64,000 nt of DNA from Saccostrea cucullata (lineage: Eukaryota), in contig NW_026931074.1 of the NCBI RefSeq assembly GCF_032062105.1, forward strand, positions 345,587 through 409,586, in the 5' to 3' direction. The position numbers were made by a program, and so were the translations under genes. The stretch's first letter is position 1, and the number at the start of each line of letters is the position of its first letter. Below the pieces are notes generated by a model that saw nothing but the letters and a program-made list of their open reading frames with translations, was not told the origin of the DNA and did no database searches. This document shows positions 33,871 through 46,096 of this stretch, piece by piece.

Positions 33871-34146
33871 CTAAAATGTTAAGATTTCATTTAAATGACA
33901 GCATTCAATATAATCCCAAGATTCTTATATCAGCCAAAGAGCCAAAATTAGTTTAGGGGATTGGATTTTGTCAACTGTTGAAATGCAGTAAAAGTTTTAA
34001 GCTTTAAAATTATATTTCTTACTAAAAATTTACATGGAAAATGAATATCAGTTGTGTATGATGTCAAACATTTAATAAACTTCAGGATCTGTCAGTGCAA
34101 TTAGCAGAGACATTCAAACAAAACAACAATTAATATATTATCATTC

Positions 34147-34315
34147 ACAAGAGGCCCATGGGCCACATTGCTCACCTGAGCAAATCTGCTAGGAAAAACC
34201 ACAAATCAGCTCAGTATTGAAAACTTTACCAGGGTGGGGGTTTGAATTTTATACTACTTGAGGATGCCTCTGTATTAATATAGCATATAACTTTACTTTT
34301 CTTGAGCCTTTGGCT
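34147..34315. mobile_element. Short MITE-like member (about 170 bp) of the gctcacctgagc-terminus family, in the last intron of gene A
   Basis: caagaggcccatgggccacattgctcacctgagc.....gagcctttggctcaggtgagc. Inverted termini. The ggcccatgggcc palindrome is shared with 52205 and 6070. Confidence 0.5.
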
Positions 34316-34372
34316 CAGGTGAGCTAAAAAACAAAGAGATTTCAAAACATGTTTGATTTGATTAGAACTGAC

Positions 34373-34502
34373 CTGAATGGTTTCTTCTTTGGTCAAACTT
34401 TCCTGAACTTTTTCCTCAAATAGTATCCTGGGGACATTATCTCCCTCTAGTTTGTTAGATCCGAGGGTTTTCTGTCGAGGGGGGTCAGGATAATAATCAG
34501 GC
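34373..34502 (-). CDS. SPEF1: SPEF1-like gene A exon 7 (130 nt): (R)PDYYPDPPRQKTLGSNKLEGDNVPRILFEEKVQESLTKEETIQ
   Basis: Acceptor cattacag, donor gtcagt. Phase 1 to 0. Identical length to gene B exon 59914-60043 and gene C exon 9615-9744. Motif VPR.LFE.KVQE.L.K.ETIQ is shared. Confidence 0.6.
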
Positions 34503-35779
34503 CTGTAATGAAACCCAAATATCTATAATGTAAACCTCAGATTAGAGGGGGATAAGAAATTAAATGAAACCTTTAATAATATATTAATTATCTATACATG
34601 TAATTTCAATTGATTCTTGCTTGCATGTTCACTTGTATATTTCCCTCTTGACTTATTATTCAATGGTTATAAAAAAGGTTTATCAGATATATATATATAA
34701 AGTGATATAAAATATTAAGGATACTCCGACACACAACAAATTGACAAATTAAATTAATAAAGAATATTCAGACACATAACTATAAAAAGACAAATTAATA
34801 TACAATATAAAGGTTAGTTATTTATTGTTAGGAGATGTACACTTTATATTGCACAATGCTTTCACCCATCCTCCATTGTATCCTGATTTATATACACATG
34901 TATTAAAACAGGGTTCATTTTGCCTTATCAAATTTGCAAACAAGTCCACCCTTCATCATGTATTAAAAGAACAATACATGCAACTCTTTCTGTACAGTTT
35001 TAGCCCCCCCCCATCACGAAACTGATGACTAGGGTGAAATTGGCAAAAAATGAAAAGGGGGCAAAATTTCCTTGTTTTTATTTTGATTGAATGAACAATA
35101 CTTGTTATTGTTATAGAAACCCAAGGCTCTGATAAATCACAACAATTTAAAATCCAGATGCCATGACACCCGACACCAATGTCAGTGTTGAAGCAGTTTG
35201 CAATGATTTAGAAAAAGACTTCAAAACCAGACTTACAACTTTATTTACACATAAATTTTTAAGCTATTAAAATTTAATTTTGCTGGTTTTCTTATGTGAT
35301 CATGAAATGATCGAGCTCAATGTTCAAAAGGGAGCATCATTCAATATCCATGTGTGTGTGATAATAAAGATAAATGAAATTAAAATAGTTTTGTACCTAC
35401 ACGTATCAAGGTTTCTATTATGGTGAAATGGTTAAAAATTGGTAAATATTGTTTTCTTATGTCATGCCTGTTTAGAAATGTATTTTAAAATAGAATCACT
35501 GAATTGGGAATTTAACAGTTACCGTTAATTTACTCTGTTTTTACATCACACTTCATCTCATTAGAGAAATTTAAATTCAAAGATTAAATCTGTATTCCAT
35601 TAAAAAATTTCAAACACAAAGAATACTTCTTTTCTATATATGACAGCAGGGAAATTAAAAAATATATATATAAATAAAACAATACAGGAAGTTGTTGCAG
35701 ATTATAGGATAGGTGAAAAAAGAGTTCAAAACAGACACTGTAGATGAATGAAGATAAAGTGGTTCTCCCTGTCTGATAC

Positions 35780-35836
35780 CTGGCCAATGATTCTAATGTT
35801 ATCACTTCCTTGCTTTCAGCATGCAGCATTACATTT
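35780..35836 (-). CDS. SPEF1: SPEF1-like gene A exon 6 (57 nt): (G)NVMLHAESKEVITLESLA(R)
   Basis: Acceptor gattttcag, donor gtatcag. Same length and phase as gene B exon 59192-59248 (YIKRRADSKEVVTLDKLL). Confidence 0.55.
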
Positions 35837-36843
35837 CTGAAAATCACCAAACTCTATCAAAATTGTTGCCTTTTTAGTTTACAGAGATAATTTGTATACT
35901 AATGTCTGTTGTTATACCTAGACAAGTTATAGAATGTCTAATACATGTACTATGCTTTGTAAGAAGTGCATGCATGTGAAATACTAATGAAGAAATGTTC
36001 AAGAACAATGTATAACATAGTTTTGATGAACTTGATTAAATGTATCAATGACCTCCAATATTTTTTACACTGTGATTTAAATATATTCTTTAAAGACTGA
36101 CTGTAAAATATGGAAATTCTGATGAAAGTATTGTAAAACTGACAAGCAGATGATGACTTTTATTATTTCTAAGCTTTCCATGTTTCTTCCATGCACACAG
36201 CATATAAACATTTTAATACACAAAGCCATTGAATTAGATTTTTACTTTCAGTTAAATACTTTCAGTTGATCATTAGTAGACATGCTCTTTACTTAACATG
36301 ATCGCAGTGCATAAGACCACTGAGTGTACTGGGAGGTTTCATACAGTCCATTGTCATAATAGGACATCGTATTAAACCTAATAAAATAACAAACAATGTC
36401 AGTTATTCTGCATTTGCTTTACTAACTTGAAAACAAGAGGCCAATTGGCCATACAATTACAAATGGAAATAAACTATTCTCATTGTCTTATTAAAATCTC
36501 TCACATGCACTAATAATTTTTCCATGAAACTTCTATTTATGGTGTCAAATAAAGTTATTAGTAAAAAACATTTTAGATCTATAAATTTTTGTTTTTGTAC
36601 TTTGAGAATATTTAAGGAATGAAGCTAATTTCAACTTATATTATACGATATAACATAACTTGGGGCAGTTTACGATTTATAAACCACGTAAGGTCACAGA
36701 GCTACTTGAAGGAACATTTTCCTCAAAAGAGTTTTTAAATTTAACACAGTGTTTAAAGCAACAAACATAAACTGAACACATACCGGTATATATATTGAGT
36801 TAAAGTGAACACATAAACAATATTTGTCAAAAAATGTACCTAC

Positions 36844-36898
36844 CCTCCTCCTTTTGTGGGGTTCTGAGATTTCTTCTCTACTCCCCGACCAGGAACAG
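36844..36898 (-). CDS. SPEF1: SPEF1-like gene A exon 5 (55 nt): (A)VPGRGVEKKSQNPTKGG(G), low-complexity linker
   Basis: Acceptor tttatag, donor gtaggtac. Counterpart of gene B exon 58187-58238 (SPGRSRKGVSPTRGGGG). Phases chain correctly to the exons on both sides. Confidence 0.5.
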
Positions 36899-37069
36899 CT
36901 ATAAAGAAACAATTCTGTATGTAATTAAAGGTTAGTGAAAGATTAGAGATTTTACTATTGATAAACAACTGAAATATCTAAAGCAAAGAGCCTTAAGAGG
37001 CCCCTTAAAATTTTATTCATCAAACCTATTCTTTGTAAACATGCAGTAAAGAATTTCTAAGACACTGAC

Positions 37070-37287
37070 CCATATACTGATCAGCCTCGGGTTTGTCACT
37101 CTCGGGCCGACGTCCACCTTTGGCTCGGTGTGTCGACTGTAGAGGTTGCTTGGTCAGTTCCCATTCGGCTCGCTCGAGCTTGCGTCTGAGCATCATCAGG
37201 AACTTCTCAATCACGCCAGGTTTGGCCATGATAATATCTCCTATGACATCATCACCCAGGGTAAAATTTAGTTTGCTCAAAACTTTT
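37070..37287 (-). CDS. SPEF1: SPEF1-like gene A exon 4 (218 nt): (R)KVLSKLNFTLGDDVIGDIIMAKPGVIEKFLMMLRRKLERAEWELTKQPLQSTHRAKGGRRPESDKPEADQYM(G); C-terminal half of the CH-like domain
   Basis: Acceptor ttttatccag, donor gtcagtg. Matches SPEF1 family ..RKVLSKLNF.V.DDV...I..C.PGV.E.VL..LR..L.E... as remembered. ORF track 37026-37280(-) covers most of it. Confidence 0.65.
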
Positions 37288-39300
37288 CTGGATAAAATTT
37301 TAAAAATGAAACTTTTAATTAGAAAATATTAAACTGTATTCAAAATGTTTTCTGATATATCATAATCCTGAAGAAATAGTTCTAATATATAAAATTTAAG
37401 CACCATTTGCTCAAATGTATCGATCTCTTTTAAAACCCTTTTCATTGCAATATACTCACTGGAATTCAGTAACATTTATACTGCCTAGAGCTTAAACATA
37501 TATAAATAGTCATAGTCCTACACTATTTACAGTTCACATACACGACATACAGTGTACATTTATATTGAGAGGAGGGTGTCTAAATACATGTAAATGTAGC
37601 TAACTAAATATTTGTTATTACAGTAAAAGAAAGGACAACTTGATTATGAACTATACATATTTAATTTAGGACTATGCTAAGTATCATATGCCCATAAGAA
37701 ATATTTATGGTTTTGGTTAAAACCAAAGTAAAGATCAGAAAGCTTTGGATAAGATGAAAATTGGACTATCATTTAGGACATTTTATCAGAACAAAGTTAC
37801 TATGTTTTATTTTATATGGTTTTGTAAAATTTAATACACTCTCTATCTCTTTAATAAATGAGCTGACTGCTCAAGCAAACAAAAAGGGGGAAGGGTGTTG
37901 AAAGTTCAAGGTCACTTCTAAAATAGTTGGATTGCTCTCAAGAATCTGTATCCAGTCCAGTTCAAATCAGATCCTTAGTTGATTTAATAAGTAAGAACAA
38001 TTTCTAAAACGAGGTAAATTTATACAAACAAGTTGAAGAAACAAGAATATCAGCAGTCTTGTTTTAAGACATCACTTCATAAGTTCTATGGTTGATACAA
38101 TGACCTTGTCAGCAAATACAATATATCATTGAGTCAAATGCTGACTGATGTTTTTCATACTAATTGTTTGTCCATTATTTACACACTGAATTGACAACAA
38201 TTTTTTCTGTTATTTCTCGATCATGACTGGTCAGCAGGGGATGCTCACTCCTCAATGGCACCAGGTTCCACCTCTGATGTTTCAGAGGTCTGTGTTTGCT
38301 CTGCTCCTATTTTTTATTGTTTAATGGACTTTTGAGCTTGAATACTGTTTGTTATCTCCATATATTTCATCCTTGAAACTACTCACATAGATTGCTTCAC
38401 CTTATGTAGCAAAGCTCAGACAGGTCTTAACTTATAAATCTAATAGTAATATGATTATCTTAGTAATACTGTCAATGAGTTAAACCCATACTCTGTCACT
38501 GAAAGCTTAATTCATATCACTCATGCATTTTAATGTGATTGTAGAAAATTGATATGTGATTTGAAAATATTGTTTTAAAAAAATCAGTGCATATAAGTAA
38601 AAAGAAAGTGATATAGTCTGTACATTCAATTCATAAAGGCAAGATAGGAAAATCAGAAAGAACAATTCTAGACTTTTTATCAATTAAAAAAAAAAATTGT
38701 AACATTTAAGCTAATCAAGCAGCATGCATGCTCTTGTACAGTTCAGAGTTAGAGTAACGAGGAGAACACTGGGGGAGGGAATGCCGCCAGGTATGTAGCA
38801 CTATTTATAGATCAGAGCTGTGTAGGAGGCAAGAAAAGCACTACTTTTTATATAGTTGGGATCCCGAGGTTTCATTCCTTAAAACTATTGCCTGTATCTT
38901 TTTATCTTCAGTATTCTGTGCCATTTACCTATACAGTATAACTTGGTTATAAAGAACTTGCTTATATGGAAATCTCATTGAAATGGAAACTTTTATGAAT
39001 CCTTATTTAATTTTACTCATATGAGCTTCATTTAAATAGTTTTGGTTAAATAAGAAATTAAAATTTGAAGTGCCTGTGATATTATCTATTCAGTGCATTC
39101 TATTCAATTTAGAAATGATGTGACTTTTATTAAATGCCCGAACTTATTTCATAGAATACCAGTATATTTGGGTGATCTAACACAAAACTGGTTGTTAGAT
39201 GGACAATCACAAGAATATAAAATATTAAATAATTGGCACCCAATTAGGGTATTTTATAAAATCTGACAGATTATATGGGACCAGACACCAGTACAGTTAC

Positions 39301-39412
39301 CTGTTGAGAACTTTCCAGTTGAGCAATTTTTTGTCTGTAGAATTGGCAGTGGAGTAGTTGTGTAGGTCCACCAGAGTAGGAAACTTATTGTGAATAATCT
39401 CGGCTACCAAGA
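39301..39412 (-). CDS. SPEF1: SPEF1-like gene A exon 3, variant b (112 nt): (V)LVAEIIHNKFPTLVDLHNYSTANSTDKKLLNWKVLN(R)
   Basis: Acceptor gttttcag, donor gtaactg. Same length and phase as variant a. Closest to gene B variant b (HKFPHLVQKHNYSTANSTSKKMENW). Confidence 0.6.
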
Positions 39413-39898
39413 CTGAAAACAACCAAATATTACAGACTAATTCCAGAGCTTTAGAGAGAAAGAAAAGATTATAGAAGAGTACAGAGATGCTCAAATATTT
39501 ATACCACCTGATCATTGCTTTCAAATTATAAGTTGATAAATTCAGGAATCTATCTCTGGATTTGAACATCTCTGTAGAGAAACTCACTAGCACAGCAGAC
39601 ACACACAAGAACTGTACTGTACACTGCATTGTTCCATACATTCATCATCTGGATCAATCACATCCTATCATTTGTATCACTTTTTGGAATTAATTATTTA
39701 CAGATGAGTTATATACGTAGAAAGTTAAAGATTGATTATTTCTTGTTTGGAAAATCCAATGAAAGAAAGCCTATAATATTTATTAATATTATAAGTACAA
39801 GTAGTCAAGGAATTGGATTATGTCAAGATGATGAATGCCTGAATGAGACGTTGATATGAGTCACATCAATGTAGTTTGTGGAGACATGTGCCCTGTAC

Positions 39899-40010
39899 CT
39901 GCTGAGGACCTTCCAGTTATCCCTCTTAATACCTAGCGCACTCCCAGGAGAGTAGTTGTGCATTTGTATCAACTGTGGTTTAAAATGGCGGATAATCTCA
40001 GCTACCAACA
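39899..40010 (-). CDS. SPEF1: SPEF1-like gene A exon 3, variant a (112 nt): (V)LVAEIIRHFKPQLIQMHNYSPGSALGIKRDNWKVLS(R)
   Basis: Acceptor actactgtag, donor gtacaggg. Core of the CH-like domain (VLVAE...FP.LV..HNY.PANS...KL.NW..LNR in SPEF1). Closest to gene B variant a (VQNFFPQLVQMHNYTP). Confidence 0.6.
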
Positions 40011-40198
40011 CTACAGTAGTAACATCAACCATTCACATCTCACATTTACCATTCATATTTCAACCATCAGTAAGCATGGTAATCAAACAATATTTCAATT
40101 CAACCAAAACACTAAACATGGAAAAGCATTAGACTACTGTAAGTCGTTTTAATTCTACGGTGTTAAAATATCACGATATCTCAAAAAGTACCAATTGC

Positions 40199-40345
40199 TA
40201 TGGCTTTAATTTCACGCTGCCAGAAATTAATTCAACATTTCGTTTAAGTATTTAAATGATTTAAAAACAAATAATAACATTAACGAAGGGGTTAATTTCG
40301 CGGAAAAATTATAAATCGCGAACAGAGCGAAATTAAAACCATCGT
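40199..40345. mobile_element. Possible small MITE (about 145 bp), CpG-containing, related to the 14342-14562 family
   Basis: ggctttaatttcacgctg...cagagcgaaattaaaacc form imperfect inverted termini. The interior tttcgcggaaaaattataaatcgcgaac resembles ctcgcgaacttcgcgaaaatttctcgc in the 14.4-kb MITE. Confidence 0.25.
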
Positions 40346-41482
40346 GAATATTTGCCAATTTACAGTATCTAATGCATCACTGCTTTGTTTTCATGATCAA
40401 ATTGTAATAAATTCAAAATTAATGTCTTCTTTCAATTATGATTAAACAACAACCAATGAGATTACATGTTACATTTTATATTACTAAGTTAGTGCTGCTG
40501 TGCTGTTATATATGAAATATTCATGGGGTCGAATATTCTGAATCCATGTTCTTGGTCTTTAAACTACATGACTACATTGATAGTATGATAGAATGACTTG
40601 AGCAAGTGATTCCATAATATATCAATTAATGCTTTTTCCAGCAAGGTAGTGGATATTATCTGAGTGAAGCTAGTGTTCCATGGATGAGTTTGCAAAATAG
40701 CTGTCATTTAAGCCATGATTGTCATGCTTTCTGCATGAAAAACACTTTATAAAATACTGTCATAATTGGTTATTATCCAAGATTAAATATTTTGGTTTTG
40801 GAATGATTTTCTACCTATACAGGTCAAAACTGTCCCCTGGTGTAAAAGAACATTGAATCTGACCAGAATTATGAGGAAGACCAGTAAATTGATCTCTGGA
40901 CAGTGTTATGTATGTTCTCTATCAAACCAAATTAATACAGTCTATCCAATGGCTTTCAAAAAGCCTAAAGAATATTTTTTGATTGGATACAAAGACAAAT
41001 AAGATGTGTAAAATGGAGGTTTGAAGGGAAATTGCAATAGCAGTATGATAAGCTTTGCTAAACTCCGTGCTTAATTATTGCCATAATGTCAGTTCATTAC
41101 AAAAAAAGTCAGTTTTAATAGTAGTGAATTATTGTATGTACATTTCTATTAGGCACACCAAAAATCATTGACCAAACAAGGTTAACTAGAACAGGGCTTA
41201 CAGTCCAAATAAAATAAATATACTGTGAGCCTGTAGATTTATAATGACATCACATTTTGCAAACTCATTATGTCCCTCTTGACTGATATTCTGATATTTT
41301 GGTTTTACAACGAATTTAATGAAAAAAAAAATGGATCAGTAAATTTCTTGCCATGAAAAACTAGAAGGCAAGCATTTATGACAAACAAACTCTATATATA
41401 CCTATCTAAACTGGCAGGCAGTTAATCTATAATGCTGTCAAATCCTGACACTCTAAGATTAAATGTTTCTTTATTGATATTC

Positions 41483-42111
41483 ATGGCACGCCAAATTCAC
41501 AAAAATGAGATAAACCTAGTTTCACAATTGATAAACTAGGTTTATCGACTGTAAACTATAGTTTACAAAACGTAAACTATACTTAACGATTTGTTAAGTA
41601 TAGTTTTCATCTGTAAAACTATATTTAACGGTTGTTAACTATAGTTTACGAATGCTAATCTAAGTTTATCTGTCTGTAATAAGCGTTAACAACAGATTTT
41701 GTTGATAAACATAGATTCACATTTGTAAACTATAGTTTACAATCGAAAACAATCGTAAACTATAGTTATAGTTAAGAGTTGTTAATATAGTTTCACAAAT
41801 CGTGAAACTATATTTATCAGATCGTTAACTATAGTTAACGGTTTGTATAAACTATAGTTTACAAATCGTGAAGCTGTATTTATCAGATAATCTATGTTTT
41901 GCAATTGAAAATGATTGTTTTCGGTGTTAAGTATAGTTTACGGTTGTGAAACATAGATTATTATTATGGTTTACAGATGTAAAATATAGATTAACGTTGT
42001 TAACTATAGTTTACAGTCTGTAAACTATAGTTTACAACCGATAAACGGTTAAACCTAGTTTATCGACTGTGAAACTATGTTTAGCTCATTTTCGTGAATT
42101 TGGCGTGCCAT
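41483..42111. mobile_element. MITE (about 630 bp) with about 28-bp TIRs and an interior made of palindromic gtaaactatagtttac-type units
   Basis: TIR atggcacgccaaattcacaaaaatgag (41483-) matches the reverse complement of ctcattttcgtgaatttggcgtgccat (-42111). Possible TSD gatattc on both sides. Interior has more than 15 copies of (c)gtaaactatagtttac(aa) and gttaactatagtt variants, each itself a palindrome. Lies in intron 1 of gene A. Confidence 0.6.
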
Positions 42112-42787
42112 AGATATTCTCCACATCACTCAACAGATTTGGTCCAAACTTTTCAGAGGCCTTAATCATTATGAATTTAATTCACATAAAAATATAAAAA
42201 ATATTTACGGACTTTATTGAGGCATGAGCAATTCCAAGAATAACTTATAAGTAGTAACATCCATTTTAGATTTCTAGTTCTACATTTATAAATATAAGTA
42301 TACATGTAGCAGATATCTTACTGCATGCTTTTGGACAGCTAAATGGCATTATCATGTATGTAACAATGTTTATATACTTATGTAGGGGATTAACATCAAT
42401 AAAGAAAGTATACCAAGAAGTTGAAATGGATTCTTTTTTATGAAATGTAGAAGAGTAATAAAAATCCTTACTTGGAAGCACCAGGAGTCAAAATTCAAAA
42501 ACTATTTTTATGACTATAACTATTTAGCATATTATCATCAAGTTTGATGGAACGCTGTATTATGTAGATGTAGATGTATTTGTGAATGTATTTCAGTGCA
42601 AAAACATGACTGACAAGTATGAACTTATTCTGTTCAGCAATATGATGAATATTTACAGATAAAATAAAACTGCCACAACCAGTAGTTAGCAGAAGCAGTA
42701 CCAGATTTCAACATTAAATTTGCCATTTAATTGAAGTCTCCTTGTTTTCTTTGGGCTATCTTTAATTTGTCATTTGAAGGATCTTAC

Positions 42788-42887
42788 CTCCATCAGAGAA
42801 GTCCCTAGATATGTTTTTCTTTGGCCTGCTGAGTGGTATACTGTCGACCCAAGCATAAAGCTCCTCCAACTCCGCGTCGTCAGCCAT
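42788..42887 (-). CDS. SPEF1: SPEF1-like gene A exon 1: MADDAELEELYAWVDSIPLSRPKKNISRDFSDG
   Basis: ATG at 42887-42885 (minus). Donor gtaagat after 42788. Matches the SPEF1 N-terminal signature LY.W.D.IPLSRPK.N..RDFSDG as remembered. Confidence 0.7.
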
Positions 42888-42896
42888 GATAACCGG

Positions 42897-43120
42897 CCTG
42901 CCTAATTGAAGACCTACAGGTAATTGAAGACCTAGAGAAGACCTACGGAAGACCTACAAAAATGGGGGATATATACAGCAAAACTGATATGATATTCTGA
43001 TTAAGCATGTCCTAAATATGTAAAATACACAAAAAAGTTTTATAAAAAGAAGTTTAAATGTGTATTTTTTAAGCTCGGTAAGGGGAACTATAGACGATAC
43101 GGAAAGAACGATAACTCTGG
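42897..43120 (+). repeat. Left arm of an about 225-bp inverted repeat containing (GAAGACCTAC)x4 direct repeats, immediately upstream of the gene A start codon
   Basis: ctgcctaattgaagacctacaggtaattgaagacctagagaagacctacggaagacctacaaaaatgggggatatatacagcaaaactgatatgatattctgattaagcatgtcc... is about 90% identical to the reverse complement of 44600-44869. Confidence 0.8.
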
Positions 43121-44599
43121 CTGACTTGTCTTGTAAACACCAACACGCTCATTTATGTGAAGTTTATAGGAAGAATTATATATGTATATGACATAATAAA
43201 AAAAATGCAAATGATTTTGTTGAGTTTTTTAATTATGAATTATGATAAAGAAATCAGCTGAATGATGAATTTTGATGAAGGTAAAAATATCAATAATTAT
43301 CATTATTTCATTTATCAAATTAATATTCTACTTGAAATCTATAGTTAATATTTAATAAATATTGTAATTCTTTTAATATGTTTTATGGGATAAATATTAA
43401 GTATTCAAGTTCAAATTATTGATATGTATGCTGTGGATTTGTCTCAATTAACCAATATTACTCTGTACTAAGGGCTTCGATCTTCACTAATTTGTTGTAT
43501 TATACACAGACACCCTGAGGATATATCCGTGTTTTGATTGCAATTATCAACACATCCCACTTGCTCTGATGAATGTTAATTTGCAGTCAACAGAGCAAAG
43601 ATATAAAAAAAATATTTATTTTATATCTTAAAAATGCTAGCAAGAATAAACAAATAAAATTATTGTGCATTTATTCAGAATATAACTTTATACTAAAATG
43701 AATTACGTTTTGAATTTTTTTTTTAATATTCAAAATGGTCATCTTTTTTCAATATAACACATTTATATGACATTCACGAGGAATATTTAATAACTTAATT
43801 AAATGTATATTTCCAGATAACATGCTGTATGCCAAGAAATAGGCACTATAATATGAAACATAAGGATTTATTTCTTTTACATTTTGAGCCAAAATATACA
43901 TGTACATTATATCAAATCTTGAAGATACCAGGTATACCATTCAATAATTAAATTAAAAGAAAATACACACTTTTTAAAATTGAATAAAATAATAAACACG
44001 CATGTTATCACACATAAGAAATGCATGCATATTTTAAAAAAAAATAATGATGCTTTGACTCGGGGGAAATAAGATTTTGAAAGTGATTATGTCTATGTTC
44101 TTGAAAAATTACTTCAAATTCTTTTAACTGCAATTTTAAAATTTTCATTCTCTACATAAATGCAAATCTTATAAAAATTTCCAGATGTTATAAATGACAT
44201 TACTAGGTATTATTAATAACAAGAACACAAATCATTTATGAATTTTTATTAATGATCAACAATTCAAACCTGAACTAAATATTATACTGATCTATTTATA
44301 AACACATATAGAATACTAAATATAACGTACATGTATATACAAGTGTATGTATTTATAATGATTTTATGATTGACATAATATATTATGGTATTATAAATTA
44401 TGTACAGTGTTTACAATTTTACTGATTTTAATAAATAATTTTTTTTAACAAAAAAGAATTGTTTCTGACTGAATATTTCATTTTATTAATATTTTTTTTT
44501 TTATCTTTGATGTATATATAAAGTATCTCCAATGATTTTTTTTAACATTATTTTTTATTTACATTTTTCTGATAATTACATTTTCTTGATGTTTTGGTG

Positions 44600-44869
44600 A
44601 ACAGCTGATTTGTTATTTACGCGAGTTATCGTTCTTGCTGTAGGTCTTCTGAGAGAAGAAATAGTTCCCCTTACCGAGCTTAAAAAATACTCTTTAAAAC
44701 TTCTTTTTATAAAACTTTTTTGTGTATTTTATATATTTAAGACATGCTTAATCAGAATATTATATCAGTTTTGCTGTATATATCCCCCATTTTTGTAGGT
44801 CTTCCGTAGGTCTTCTGTAGGTCTTCAATTACCTGTAGGTCTTCAATTAGGCATGACCATGATAACTGT
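44600..44869 (-). repeat. Right arm of the inverted repeat, about 600 bp upstream of the gene B start codon
   Basis: ...ggggatatatacagcaaaactgatataatattctgattaagcatgtcttaaat...tttgtaggtcttccgtaggtcttctgtaggtcttcaattacctgtaggtcttcaattaggcatg. Flanks an extremely AT-rich 1.5-kb core (43120-44600). Confidence 0.8.
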
Positions 44870-45471
44870 ATCAATTGGTGTTATTCTGTCCAAATAAAAT
44901 CTATTTTAAGAAAATCTGAAGGTTCCCCGGCGTCATTATTTGATTAGTCAATAACATGTGTAAGATAGCAAAGGTATATATGAAAAATTAAGTTTACTTA
45001 CACTGTATATAAGAAAGGAGGACAAGATTATCACTAAATACACAAAATCATAATAAAGCGTCCGTCGCAACGAAACTCCCACAATTCCCATATACGGGAA
45101 ATACAGGATAGCTCGTTCATCAACTCGGAAAAATAACAAAACCATGCCAGCATATTGCAGATGAAATATTTACAACAATAGATAAAATATGAATTTTTAC
45201 TATGAATAACTTGACTTACTGTTATTTTAGGATAAACTATGCGTTTTTTGAAGTGTAATACCTAATTCGACTTTTTTACGGACTACTTATCAACGTAGAC
45301 AATTTTCGGAATTTATGATGCATGACGGGAAATTCGTTGACAACAAAACAGTCATGGACGCTTTCTACGATCTTCTGTGTATTTAGCGATAAAAGACGTC
45401 ATTTATTTCTGTAAAATCTATACAGTATGTCATGATTGTAACATTTTCATAGAACTAAGTGTAAAAGAACA

Positions 45472-45613
45472 ATGTCTGTAGATAAAATCCACCCAGTTGA
45501 ATCCGGCCTGGATTATTTCGACGATGCAGAGTTGGAGAATCTTTACACATGGATTGACAGCATCCCTCTTTCCAGACCGAAGAAAAACATAGCAAGAGAT
45601 TTTGCTGATGGAG
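45472..45613 (+). CDS. SPEF1: SPEF1-like gene B exon 1: MSVDKIHPVESGLDYFDDAELENLYTWIDSIPLSRPKKNIARDFADG
   Basis: ATG at 45472. Donor gtatat at 45614. Same SPEF1 N-terminal signature as gene A exon 1. Confidence 0.7.
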
Positions 45614-46096
45614 GTATATTTGATAATTAAAGTGCTAAAAGCGATCTTTTATAAAGTGTCAACTATTCTCAGTTGAATTCTGTTTCAGGTCAGACAGGTG
45701 CTCCTATCATAAATGAATTAAAAAATTATACAGTAAGGCCATCTTAACAATAATGTTTGTTTGCCTTCTCCCAACTCAGATCAGGCTAAAAGAACTGGGT
45801 CGGTAGATAGGTAAAAAAAATCAGAAAAAATCAACATTCTTGTTGATTAAGAAAATTAAATGTGAACAAAATTATTGTTTCTTCCAGCACATCTATTACT
45901 CATATGCCGACCCAAATGACTTATACTGGTTTTTCTATTTTGACATTTTGAAATGAATAAATCTTGGAGAACTTTGGCATATTTTTTAAAAACATAAATG
46001 ATGGCTCTTCATATGGGTAGCCTCCACATGGCAAGAGGTGGGCAACATTATTTAAACAGATACGTTCTAAGTATTTAAATTTTGTAAACATATCTA

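Noticed and set aside
37093-37332. Plus-strand ORF 37093-37332 and minus-strand ORF 56129-56350
   Set aside because: Each is antisense to a well-supported SPEF1-like exon (gene A exon 4, gene B exon 3). Antisense ORFs of codon-biased exons are expected by chance.
42897-44869. Interpreting the 42.9-44.9 kb inverted-repeat block simply as a 2-kb MITE inserted between genes
   Set aside because: Not fully rejected, but disfavoured. No clear TSD was visible. The left arm abuts the gene A start codon within 10 bp and mirrors the inverted arrangement of the two paralogs, so a duplicated promoter region fits better. Genome-wide copy number is needed to decide.
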